Below are positions 19,260 through 27,865 of a DNA stretch of 64,000 nucleotides, piece by piece. Source of the stretch: Gemmatales bacterium. Its GTDB lineage: Bacteria > Planctomycetota > Planctomycetia > Gemmatales > HRBIN36. How positions within the stretch are numbered: the first letter of the stretch is position 1; each line of letters begins with the position of its first letter. The DNA is taken from assembly GCA_046350055.1 (NCBI GenBank), contig JAXMBC010000001.1, positions 248,244-312,243 of the forward strand. Direction: 5' to 3'. The translations under genes and the position numbers were made by a program. Under the pieces are notes generated by a model, which worked only from the letters and a program-made list of their open reading frames with translations, did no database searches and was not told the origin of the DNA.

Positions 19260-19326
19260 GTGGCGTATCTCTAACTTCGGTGAGATTATCTTATGATAGC
19301 CACCGGTGATACGCCTCTTTCTGGAG

Positions 19327-19809
19327 ATGATTATGGACGCTAATACTCGTGATCGTCTGGTAGCCGAGTATCTTGCCGGGCCTGGGAAGCTGCGCCAAGC
19401 CGTGAAAGGCATGACGCCGGAACAACTGCGTGCCCGGCCGGTGGCCGGGAAGATGAGCACGCTGGAAGTGGTGTGTCATCTCGTTGACTTCGATCCGGTG
19501 TATGTCGAACGGATGAAGCGGGCCATCACTATGGAGAAGCCCACGCTTCTGGGCGCGGATGAAAACGAGTTTACGAAAAAGCTCTGCTACCACGACCGTG
19601 ATGTGGAAGAAGAACTGCAGCTGCTGGAGTACACTCGCAAGTCAATGGCCCGGATTCTGGCAAAGATGCCACTGGAAGCCTGGGATCGCGTGGGAGTGCA
19701 CAATGAACGGGGTCCGATGACGGTGGAAAAGATGCTCTCGGTCATCACGAACCACATTTCGCATCATCTGCAGTTCATTGAAGAGAAGCGAAAGGCGCTG
19801 GGGGTGTAG
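19327..19809 (+). CDS. DinB-superfamily (DinB_2-like) metal-dependent protein
   Basis: A ~160-aa four-helix-type protein with His residues in VVCHLVDFD and ITNHISHHLQFI. Start is ATG 19327, or 19333 which has better GGAG spacing. The ORF track begins at GTG 19306. Confidence 0.7.
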   Translation: MIMDANTRDRLVAEYLAGPGKLRQAVKGMTPEQLRARPVAGKMSTLEVVCHLVDFDPVYVERMKRAITMEKPTLLGADENEFTKKLCYHDRDVEEELQLLEYTRKSMARILAKMPLEAWDRVGVHNERGPMTVEKMLSVITNHISHHLQFIEEKRKALGV

Positions 19810-19836
19810 AAGCTCACTGTACAAGACGGAGACGCC

Positions 19837-21087
19837 ATGTTACTCCTGCTTTGCATACTTTTGTCCACCGCTGGGGATGAGTTTACCTGCAAGTCGAATG
19901 AACTGCAGGAAGCCATGCCATTGTTGAAGCAAATTGTCTCCCACCAATGCTACAGCAGCCTGGAGAAGATTGTTGCCTCCAGCAAAAAGCAAAGCAATGT
20001 ACCAGCGGATGCACTTGGTAAGATGGTCATGGACTGTGCTTCCAATGAGGAAGAGCGTGCATTGTGTTGTGCAGTCATCCGGGTCAAACACGGCTATTAC
20101 TCTATCACTGATCCATTTATCTCACGCTTTGCTCAGCTGGATGAATCGCAAGAAAGCAGGATACGTGCATTCAACACGGTATGCCTGGACGCCGTGAATG
20201 CAACAGTCAAGGACATCACCGATCACTCCAGTAGAGAAGCCTTTGTCAAAGCGTGGATCAGGGCCCAGTCCATTTACCAGAAGAATTATGAAACAGGCAT
20301 TGCGTCGATCCTGAACGAGGATCAAAGGGCCCGGTTGAACAAGGTGTACGTCAAGTATGATCATGCCTCTGCAGTTCAACGACTTCTCACGAAGAGACTC
20401 TCCGAGCGAAGTACCATCGGGCCGCTGCAGCTTGGCAATCAACAAACCCACCACCCCAACATCCAGATGCACTTTAGTGCTGGATATCTGATCCTGCTGG
20501 ACAATAAAGCCGCAAGGGACCACTTACACCTGACTCCTGCCCAGTTGGAGGCAGTAGTTGAACTGTACGAACAGTATGCCAGTGCTGTCGATGAATTACA
20601 GCTTTCCCTTTCGCAGACATACAGCAAATCAACGCCGGAGACTTACCACACTCATCAGAAGATTGCACAGCAGAAGAGCGAAGCCTACAAGCACAATCTA
20701 TCGACGATACTGGACAAGAAACAACAAGTGTTGGGAGAAAAGCTGCTTGCCCAGGTTATCGGCATTAAAGGAGCATTCTCTTTTGACGTAGCCAACCGAA
20801 TTGGTATCACCTCAGAACAACAGCGTGCTCATCTGCAATTCATCGTGACCTGTATGGGCGACTTTATCAAGAAAGAGAAGAGGCCACAGGGCGAGCTCAA
20901 CTATGACTGGAGTCTTCATTGTGACGAGTACGTTAACGAAAGAGTCGCCAATGAGTTATTGACTCCGGAGCAAAGGAAGAAATGGCTGGAGCTTGTGAGC
21001 CCGCTGTTGAATGATGCGGATTTACGAACGCTGCGGAAGGCCTACTTCCAACGCACTCATTCGTCGGTCAAGCCGCCTGCGAAGTAG
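19837..21087 (+). CDS. hypothetical periplasmic protein with repeated LTXXQ-like motifs (Spy/CpxP-like, tentative)
   Basis: 416 aa and all-helical, with motifs LTPAQLEAV, LTPEQRKKW, ITSEQQRAHL and LNEDQRARL. Visibly lower GC than its neighbours. Confidence 0.6.
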   Translation: MLLLLCILLSTAGDEFTCKSNELQEAMPLLKQIVSHQCYSSLEKIVASSKKQSNVPADALGKMVMDCASNEEERALCCAVIRVKHGYYSITDPFISRFAQLDESQESRIRAFNTVCLDAVNATVKDITDHSSREAFVKAWIRAQSIYQKNYETGIASILNEDQRARLNKVYVKYDHASAVQRLLTKRLSERSTIGPLQLGNQQTHHPNIQMHFSAGYLILLDNKAARDHLHLTPAQLEAVVELYEQYASAVDELQLSLSQTYSKSTPETYHTHQKIAQQKSEAYKHNLSTILDKKQQVLGEKLLAQVIGIKGAFSFDVANRIGITSEQQRAHLQFIVTCMGDFIKKEKRPQGELNYDWSLHCDEYVNERVANELLTPEQRKKWLELVSPLLNDADLRTLRKAYFQRTHSSVKPPAK

Positions 21088-21177
21088 CCCCGGCACCGTG
21101 GTAGTTGTATGGTAGGTCGAGCACTAAAGATGCTGACCTGATGTGCACGCGAACTGGTGCTCGCCCCACACTGCACC

Positions 21178-21263
21178 ATTGAACCACAGAGACACGAAGG
21201 AACACAGAGAGTCATTGCCGTTGCGGCGACACACTGTGTTTCTTTGCGTCTTGGTGGTTCAAT
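21178..21263. repeat. imperfect 32-bp inverted repeat (CACAGAG-word element)
   Basis: attgaaccacagagacacgaaggaacacagag (21178..21209) versus the reverse complement of 21232..21263, matching at 26 of 32 positions with a 22-nt spacer. Confidence 0.6.
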
Positions 21264-21271
21264 TCAGTTCA

Positions 21272-21299
21272 GTGGCACAGACAGGAATGTCTGTGCCAC
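21272..21299. terminator. perfect 12-bp hairpin between convergent genes
   Basis: gtggcacagaca (21272..21283), loop ggaa, tgtctgtgccac (21288..21299). It lies 12 nt beyond the minus-strand stop at 21312. No T-tract. Confidence 0.5.
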
Positions 21300-21311
21300 A
21301 AGCTTGTAGGC

Positions 21312-22859
21312 CTATGCCTTCTGCTTCAGCAGTTCGCATGCCTGGGCATAGCCGGGGGCGGGGGTGCCGTGTTCACTGGCGGTGACGCGGGCCAGAGCCA
21401 GGAGTTGTCGCCAGCGGAAAGCAGGACGGGTCGAGTGGAACTCCTCGAAGGCAGTGCGATAGTACTTCTCGGCATGCAGGGCACCATCTTCGCTGATGGC
21501 GTATTTCAGCATGGTGGCGAAGATGGGTTCTGCAGGCTGGCCCCGCTCGGCCATGCGGTGAACGAGAGCACAGGCACGGGCCTGTTCGTTGCTGCGGATG
21601 GCCTCATCCAGGGCCGGAAGTAGTTTGCCGTCGGCCACATTGGTGATGGCCGCGGTGTGTGTCTCGTGGGGATAGGGATTCCAGGTGAGGAATTCACCAC
21701 CACGGTTCACCCGGTCGAACGCCACCTGATAGGCACCGAGGATGAGGCACGCAGCAGCATTGCGGCTGTTGCTTGCCTTAGCCAGGTTGCGCCAGGCATT
21801 GGCGGAATCGCAGGCATGGACGCCGATCGAATCGCCATGCACGCTGCCTCTGGGCTTATTGGGCTGGATCTGGTTGCCCTGGCGACCAATATCGCGCAGC
21901 ACGAGCTGATTAGCAGCCAGGGTGATGGCTTCGCCAATGGCATCAGGCAGCATCCCTTCCGCCAGGGCCAGGGCAGCAGCTTCGGCAGCCTGAGCGGGAG
22001 TTGATTTAAAGAAAGTTTCACTCAGGTGCCCGACCCACGCATCATCGGCTTCTCGTTTGCCCAGTGGCTTGCCATCGAGCTGATGCTTGCTCAGCAAGGC
22101 AGGCAATAGTGCCCGCACCTCGGCAAAGTACTTCCGCTGGTTTTCATTCTCGCTGTTGATGCAGTAGTGCACCGATTGGCGAAGCAGTGTATGGGCGTGT
22201 TCCCTGCCCACCAGTTCGAGCATGTCCCAGGCCCGGCTGACCATCACCACCCGGTGCACTTCCACTGCATCGTGAATCTCATGCAGGATGGCATTGAGGG
22301 CACTATCCGCATCGGTGGCCAGCCCGGCAAAGATCTTCTCCGCCTGAGGCAACTGCTTCTGCCTGCATGCCTCCCGCAGATCGTCGGCTTTACATCCGGA
22401 CTTGCGCTCGGTTACTTCGTGGAGTACTTCGTGGCTTGCACCACCTTTTTCCTGCATGCGGTTGCAATTGCGATAGAGGACCTTGAGCACGGGCAAGGAC
22501 TGGCGTTCCGTGGGCAGTTCCCGGGCCATACGGTAAGCCGGGGTGAGGGCCATCATGGTGTGGAAGCCTACGTAATCTTCGCCACCAAAGGTGCGAACGT
22601 TGGCCAGGCCTGCGGCAGCAACGACCTGCTTAAGATCGGTGCCACTGCGAATCAACTCCACGACTTTGGGGAGGATTTGCTCCGCGGTGCTTTCCTGCAT
22701 GGTGCGGACGAGCGGTTCGAGAGAGCCGAATTTCAATCGTGGGGCGGTTTCATCTGCCCAGGCTGTACTGAGGCCGAGGTCAGCGGCGAGTGCTGAGCCC
22801 ATGCTGGCCAGGAGCATCCCCTTACTGACATCAGAGAGAAACTGACGACGACTGGACAT
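21312..22859 (-). CDS. Tat-signal protein of unknown function
   Basis: The N-terminus MSSRRQFLSDVSKGMLLASMGSALAA is a twin-arginine motif plus h-region. The 515-aa protein is largely helical. No family recognised. Confidence 0.75.
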   Translation of the reverse strand: MSSRRQFLSDVSKGMLLASMGSALAADLGLSTAWADETAPRLKFGSLEPLVRTMQESTAEQILPKVVELIRSGTDLKQVVAAAGLANVRTFGGEDYVGFHTMMALTPAYRMARELPTERQSLPVLKVLYRNCNRMQEKGGASHEVLHEVTERKSGCKADDLREACRQKQLPQAEKIFAGLATDADSALNAILHEIHDAVEVHRVVMVSRAWDMLELVGREHAHTLLRQSVHYCINSENENQRKYFAEVRALLPALLSKHQLDGKPLGKREADDAWVGHLSETFFKSTPAQAAEAAALALAEGMLPDAIGEAITLAANQLVLRDIGRQGNQIQPNKPRGSVHGDSIGVHACDSANAWRNLAKASNSRNAAACLILGAYQVAFDRVNRGGEFLTWNPYPHETHTAAITNVADGKLLPALDEAIRSNEQARACALVHRMAERGQPAEPIFATMLKYAISEDGALHAEKYYRTAFEEFHSTRPAFRWRQLLALARVTASEHGTPAPGYAQACELLKQKA

Positions 22860-22945
22860 GGCTAACCCTCAGGTGGGAGAGAATGGAGGGAACCCAAGTC
22901 TACCATGGCTGGGGTACGATAGATACCATTCTTGCCGTAAACCCA

Positions 22946-23611
22946 TTAATCTCTCACATGGATCTGGTCGAGCAATCGGCGAGGGATGCCGATGGACCCT
23001 ACATGGACACGCCCAGTGTAGAGTGCTGCATTCATGTTCTGAAACCCCGCTTTCGGGGCCACGAAGGTGACGGTATGGTTGGCGACGATGCACTCTCCCA
23101 GAGGTTCGCCGGTGTCAGCATCAATACCTGAAGGCAAATCCACCGCCAGCACCGGCTTACCACTGCGCTTCACCGCCTGAATGATCTCCTTCATCGGCGA
23201 CCGCACCATTCCGGTCAGTCCGGTACCCAGGAGTGCATCCACCAGATACCGGGCTAGCAGCAGACTTTGCTGTAACGCTTCGGCCGTGGTGAAAGGCACG
23301 ATGGGTATATTGCATTTTGTCAGAATCTGGTAGTGGATCAACGCATCACCGGCGATATCCGTTTCGTCGCAACAGCGATGGACGACGACAGGTACACCAG
23401 CGGCATCGAGATGCCTGGCGATGACATAGCCATCCCCACCGTTGTTACCTTTGCCACAGAGGATGTGTACCGGGCCCGTTATGTTGAGCCGCAACATTAC
23501 CTCGACCACGCTGCGTCCTGCATTCTCCATCAGCAGAATGCCAGGGATGCCGAAGTCTTCGATTGCGCAGCGATCCAGTTCACGGGCCTGGGAGCGGGTG
23601 AGGGAGGTCAT
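22946..23611 (-). CDS. NAD(P)H-hydrate epimerase (YjeF N-terminal domain)
   Basis: [26 protein letters not shown] and DALLGTGL are YjeF_N hallmarks. At 221 aa it carries the epimerase domain only. Confidence 0.85.
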   Translation of the reverse strand: MTSLTRSQARELDRCAIEDFGIPGILLMENAGRSVVEVMLRLNITGPVHILCGKGNNGGDGYVIARHLDAAGVPVVVHRCCDETDIAGDALIHYQILTKCNIPIVPFTTAEALQQSLLLARYLVDALLGTGLTGMVRSPMKEIIQAVKRSGKPVLAVDLPSGIDADTGEPLGECIVANHTVTFVAPKAGFQNMNAALYTGRVHVGSIGIPRRLLDQIHVRD

Positions 23612-23696
23612 GATTGCCTGACGAAGTTGATGTTGTGTGCCATGGTTTGCCTGCCTGTACTCAGGCTAACCATGCCCGTCCGCAATTCCAATAAAT

Positions 23697-24455
23697 TTAC
23701 CCCGCCCGTACCAGCTCCCGCTCGGGCCATCGCTGATCAGCGACCAGTTTCTGCTCTTCCACCTGCATGACCTGACCATCGTTCACATACAGCACCCGCT
23801 CGGCTCGTCTGGCGACATCCTGGCTATGAGTCACTACCACCAGCGTCATGGGCCGCTCGCTGCGTAGTTTGTCGAACAAGGCAAGAATCTCCTCCGTCCG
23901 CTGGCTATCCAGATTCCCCGTTGGCTCATCAGCCAGTACTAATGGCGGATCGTTTGCCAGTGCCCGGGCGATGGCCACACGCTGGCGTTCGCCTACCGAC
24001 AGCTTGGCAGGCAGGTGTCGCAAGCGATGCGAGAGCCCGACGATCTCCAGCAGTTCCTTTGCCTTGGCAAGCCGCTGCTGACGTGAAGCAATCACGCCCA
24101 GCATGGGCACCTGGACGTTCTCCAATGTCGTCAAGGTCGGTATCAGGCAGAACGACTGAAAGACAAACCCCAGCGACCTGGCCCGGAATGCATCCAGTGC
24201 TTTGCCCAGGGGATACGGTTGGCCACGAAACTGCAGTGACCCCTGGCTCGGCACATCGAGTCCGCCCAGCATATTGAGCAGCGTCGACTTGCCACTGCCA
24301 CTGGGGCCCATGAGTGCCACGTATTCGCCTTCGTGAATGGTGACATCCACGCCACGCAAGGCATGTACATCCCCATCGGGGTAGCTTTTCCACAACCCCC
24401 TGGCTTCCAGCAAAAGTTGTGGGTATTGCAAGATGGATGGAGTCTGACTATTCAT
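23697..24455 (-). CDS. ABC transporter ATP-binding protein (MacB/LolD-like)
   Basis: Walker A GPSGSGKST, signature LSVGERQRVAIARAL and Walker B LVLADEPTGNLD. ATG 24455 overlaps the upstream permease stop by 8 nt. Confidence 0.9.
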   Translation of the reverse strand: MNSQTPSILQYPQLLLEARGLWKSYPDGDVHALRGVDVTIHEGEYVALMGPSGSGKSTLLNMLGGLDVPSQGSLQFRGQPYPLGKALDAFRARSLGFVFQSFCLIPTLTTLENVQVPMLGVIASRQQRLAKAKELLEIVGLSHRLRHLPAKLSVGERQRVAIARALANDPPLVLADEPTGNLDSQRTEEILALFDKLRSERPMTLVVVTHSQDVARRAERVLYVNDGQVMQVEEQKLVADQRWPERELVRAG

Positions 24456-25596
24456 GTCGCAGTGCCTCGGTAGGTGCCAGTCGCGATGCTCGCCAGGCGG
24501 GGTAGAGACCACCTATCACCCCGACCACTGCAGCCAGGACGATGCCCTGTACTACCACGGCGGTGGAAATGTCACCTTGAATGAACCCCTGCACGCCGGG
24601 TGTCTGGGTCATGCCGAAAGTCAGGAACCGGGCCAGCCCTGCCCCGAGCAGTGCTCCGCCAATGCACAGGATCAATGCTTCCAGCAGGATCATGACAATG
24701 ATGCGGGAACGTCGCCAGCCGATGGCCCGCAGGATGCCGATCTCCCGCGTCCGTTCCAGTACCGAGGTCATCATGGTGTTCAGAATTCCAATGGCCCCGA
24801 TGATGAGGGCAATGGCTGACGTTGCCCAGGCCATCGCATGAGCAATCCGAATCTGCAGCGTGTTGCTGACATAGTCCTTGGTCGGCAGTGCCGTCAGTCG
24901 CATGCGTTTGCCCGTGGGTGTCGTGAAGCCATCGATCTGCTTACACACCGCAGCAGCATGCTGATCCTTTTCTTTGCCGTCGTGCAGCACCAGCGAGAAG
25001 GCTGTCACCTGCCCCGGCCGCCGCATGACCCGCTGCAGTTCCGACAGAGGTACCACCATGGCTCCATTTTCAAAGATGTTGAAGCTCTCGAAGATGCCTA
25101 CCACGGTGAACTGTTCGCGATCAATCTCGACCTTGTCGCCGACCTTCTTGTTCATGTTGCGGGCCAGGATCGAACCAAGCATGGCGGACTGGGCTTCCCC
25201 TGCACTGGGGCGACGCCCTGCGCTCATCTTCAAGTCTCGATACATGATGGCATCGCTGGGCCAGCCTTGCACAATGACGCCAAGGAGGCCTTCCTTTTCG
25301 AATGCCAGGACTTCGAGCAACATGCAGGCAACGTCTTTGACGCCGGGCAGTTCTTTCAGTTTGGCAGTCAGCGACTCATCCAGGCTGCTGGTGAGTTGCT
25401 CGGTCAGGCCGCCTTCGACGACGATCAGGTCTACGCCTCGCCCTTCGAAGACTTCGCAGAAGCCTCGCTCGAAGCCATCCGCGATGCCACGGAGTGCCAC
25501 GACAGCACAGATGGCCACGCTCATGCCGGCAATAGTCAGGATGGTTCGCCAACGTCGTCGGCGAATCTGATGAAAGATCATGCTTAGGAATGTCAT
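24448..25596 (-). CDS. ABC transporter permease, FtsX/MacB-like
   Basis: N-terminal TM (WRTILTIAGMSVAICAVVAL), a large periplasmic domain and a C-terminal FtsX-type 3-TM bundle (REIGILRAIGWRR). ATG 25596 is preferred over GTG 25614. Confidence 0.85.
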   Translation of the reverse strand: MTFLSMIFHQIRRRRWRTILTIAGMSVAICAVVALRGIADGFERGFCEVFEGRGVDLIVVEGGLTEQLTSSLDESLTAKLKELPGVKDVACMLLEVLAFEKEGLLGVIVQGWPSDAIMYRDLKMSAGRRPSAGEAQSAMLGSILARNMNKKVGDKVEIDREQFTVVGIFESFNIFENGAMVVPLSELQRVMRRPGQVTAFSLVLHDGKEKDQHAAAVCKQIDGFTTPTGKRMRLTALPTKDYVSNTLQIRIAHAMAWATSAIALIIGAIGILNTMMTSVLERTREIGILRAIGWRRSRIIVMILLEALILCIGGALLGAGLARFLTFGMTQTPGVQGFIQGDISTAVVVQGIVLAAVVGVIGGLYPAWRASRLAPTEALRHE

Positions 25597-25672
25597 GGCT
25601 AGGTGATACACCACCCCGGAAAACCGGGCAAGCCGAAGTGAACCTCACGTGCCGCTGTGCTATCCTCACCCC

Positions 25673-26707
25673 ATGGCATCCAGCACGATTACTATTGACG
25701 GCAGCCAGGGCGAAGGGGGCGGGCAAATGCTTCGCAGCAGCCTCGCTTTGAGCATCCTCACGCAGCAACCGCTACGGATGATCAATGTTCGCGCTAAACG
25801 CAACAAGCCCGGCTTGCAGGCCCAGCACCTGGCCAGCGTCCAGGCTGCAGCCAGCATCTGTAATGCGACTATCAGTGGTGACAGGCTGGGCAGTACTTCG
25901 ATCAGTTTCCACCCCGGGCCGGTAAACGCAGGCAATTACCACTTCAAGATTGGTACTGCTGGCGCAACCGCACTGGTGTTGCACACGATCTACCTGCCGC
26001 TGCTGTTGAGAGCCGAAGGCCCGAGTGAGGTCCGCATCGAAGGAGGCACGCATGCCCTGATGGCTCCCAGTGCCGAGTATCTCACCACCACGTGGGCTGG
26101 CTACCTGCAAACGCTGGGTGCCAGTATCGAGGTGAAAGTCGTCCGCCCCGGCTTCTTCCCCAGGGGTGGTGGCCTGCTTGAAGTCAAAATCGCACCGTCC
26201 AAGCTCACCGGCTTACAACTCACACAACAGGTCGAGGCGCCCCAGCCTCCGGAACTGCTTGCAACCATCGGTGGCAAACTGCCTGAACACATTGCCCAGC
26301 GCATGCTGACCCGGGCACGGCAGTGCCTGGGCGACACCACCGCAGGCCGTATTGTACTTCATCCCCACACCAAATCCGAAGGTGTCGTCTTCAGCGTGAT
26401 CAGTCACTACGGCCCCGTCTCCACGGTGTTCTTTGCCCTGGGAGCACGTGGCAAACCTGCCGAGGCGGTCGCCGACGAAGCTGTGGCCGAGTTTGAAGCG
26501 TACCGCGCCAGCGGTTGCCCGGTTGATCCCCATGCGGCAGATCAACTGCTCCTGCCTGTGGTTTTCGCACAAGGCCCCACCAGCTATCGGACGAGTGCCA
26601 TCACGCAACATCTGCTGACACAACGCGATGTCATCCAGCAGTTCATGAAACGCACGGTGAGGATTACGGGAAATCTCGGTGAACAAGGGCAAATCGATGT
26701 GGAATAG
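25673..26707 (+). CDS. rtcA: RNA 3'-terminal phosphate cyclase
   Basis: IDGSQGEGGGQMLRSSLALS, KPGLQAQHL and GTAGATALVLHTIYLPLL match RtcA. ATG 25673 is preferred over GTG 25649. Confidence 0.9.
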   Translation: MASSTITIDGSQGEGGGQMLRSSLALSILTQQPLRMINVRAKRNKPGLQAQHLASVQAAASICNATISGDRLGSTSISFHPGPVNAGNYHFKIGTAGATALVLHTIYLPLLLRAEGPSEVRIEGGTHALMAPSAEYLTTTWAGYLQTLGASIEVKVVRPGFFPRGGGLLEVKIAPSKLTGLQLTQQVEAPQPPELLATIGGKLPEHIAQRMLTRARQCLGDTTAGRIVLHPHTKSEGVVFSVISHYGPVSTVFFALGARGKPAEAVADEAVAEFEAYRASGCPVDPHAADQLLLPVVFAQGPTSYRTSAITQHLLTQRDVIQQFMKRTVRITGNLGEQGQIDVE

Positions 26708-26730
26708 TCAGCAGCCAGGAGTCAGCAGCC

Positions 26731-26772
26731 AGAAGTTGGAAGACAGGAGATTGCCATTGTCTCCAAGCTTCT
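26731..26772 (+). terminator. hairpin downstream of rtcA
   Basis: agaagttggaagac (26731..26744) pairs with gtctccaagcttct (26759..26772) at 12 of 14 positions, with a 14-nt loop and a partly T-rich tail. Confidence 0.4.
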
Positions 26773-26859
26773 TTGCTACTTTCCCCTTGCATCTCCCGCA
26801 GTGCCCGGTATGCTGTGGCCCATTCGTAGCGCGTCTTCCTTGTGGCGAAGGAGTGGGTG

Positions 26860-27042
26860 ATGCACGATGACAAGCGTCGGCTTCGTGAAGAGAAACGCAT
26901 CGTCAAACGGGCCGGCCAGAAACACGCCCGCCGCCACGCCAAACGCCTCCTGCGGGATGACCCCGAAAACGCCCACGACGCTGGCATGCACTACGGTCGC
27001 TGGAGTATCGACAAGCCGCAGTTCAAGCAGGGTATGGAATAG
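26860..27042 (+). CDS. small basic hypothetical protein (60 aa)
   Basis: AAGGAG lies 6 nt upstream of ATG 26860. Third codon positions are strongly G/C, as in neighbouring genes. The protein is Lys/Arg-rich (KRRLREEKRIVKRAGQKHARRHAKRLL). No family recognised. Confidence 0.45.
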   Translation: MHDDKRRLREEKRIVKRAGQKHARRHAKRLLRDDPENAHDAGMHYGRWSIDKPQFKQGME

Positions 27043-27069
27043 TACATATCGTTTGAGTTCGCACACTTT

Positions 27070-27171
27070 CGAGCCGGAAGCGTTAGCGACGGCGTTGCTG
27101 ACGGCTCAGTTCCATATCCTTGGCCATCACGCTATTACCTATCGATCGCCGTCGCTTACGCTTCCGGCTCG
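27070..27171. repeat. 25-bp inverted repeat with 52-nt spacer, possibly a bidirectional terminator or MITE-like remnant
   Basis: cgagccggaagcgttagcgacggcg (27070..27094) versus cgccgtcgcttacgcttccggctcg (27147..27171), with 24 of 25 positions complementary. The right arm covers the stop and last 5 codons of the 27156..27860 gene. Confidence 0.6.
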
Positions 27172-27860
27172 TTTGGTAGCTTTCGCTCCACCATGGGTAC
27201 ATTGCCCGGGGCGATCTGGTAGATGAACACGCTAAAGCACCACGCGCCGATCAGCACCGCGATGTGAAACAGTTCATGCGTGCCCAGTACTCCCGGTAGC
27301 AGAATGGGAGCACGCAGGTAATCAATAATCGCCCCGTAGGTGTAGGCGATGGCCCCCCAGAAGGGCATGCGGAACAGCGCTCCGCCGTAGTAGTACCAGA
27401 TGAAGTAGCCCGAGATTGCCCCGAGCCAGCCCAGCCCCAGATACAGCGACAAGCCCAGGAACTCGGAGAGATCATTGAAGTAAATACTCTTGAGCGTGAT
27501 GCCCAGAATGGCGCCGATCCAGACCACCGAGAGAGGCCCCCAACGCTTCCATCCGCGAAACAGGATGTAATGACACGGGGCATAGGTGCCGGCGATGAGC
27601 AGAAAAATGGCTGCATGGTCGAGCCGCATCAGCACCATGCGGGCGGTCGATTCACGGTCGAGCATGTGATACACACCGCTGAGGGCAAAGAGCAGGACAT
27701 TGCTCATGCCATAGATTCCCAGCGCAATCATGCGCCCGGTATCACCTCGCCCACGCCAGAGCAGCAGGCCCGTGATCACCAGGAAGACGGGCACCCCGAC
27801 AATCAAATGGGTAAACGAACTGATGGGATCTGCAATCCCCAGGAACGGTGTTGGTTGCAT
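27156..27860 (-). CDS. hemolysin III / PAQR-family membrane protein
   Basis: 234 aa with seven hydrophobic segments. SGVYH, LDHAAIFLLIAGTYAP and HELFHIAVLIG fit the hemolysin-III family His/Asp pattern. Confidence 0.8.
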   Translation of the reverse strand: MQPTPFLGIADPISSFTHLIVGVPVFLVITGLLLWRGRGDTGRMIALGIYGMSNVLLFALSGVYHMLDRESTARMVLMRLDHAAIFLLIAGTYAPCHYILFRGWKRWGPLSVVWIGAILGITLKSIYFNDLSEFLGLSLYLGLGWLGAISGYFIWYYYGGALFRMPFWGAIAYTYGAIIDYLRAPILLPGVLGTHELFHIAVLIGAWCFSVFIYQIAPGNVPMVERKLPNEPEA

Positions 27861-27865
27861 CGTGC

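Noticed and set aside
17340-19274. Long plus-strand ORFs (17340..18092 and 18177..19274) opposite ppk
   Set aside because: They are antisense shadows of a highly conserved PPK1 reading frame, with no motifs.
21143-21385. 80-aa ORF spanning the CACAGAG-word inverted repeat
   Set aside because: It is a translation of a palindromic repeat, overlaps the 3' end of the Tat-protein gene, and has no SD.
26707-26734. Possible CRISPR-like or tandem array
   Set aside because: Only two copies of a 14-mer, with no spacers and no cas genes anywhere in the window.
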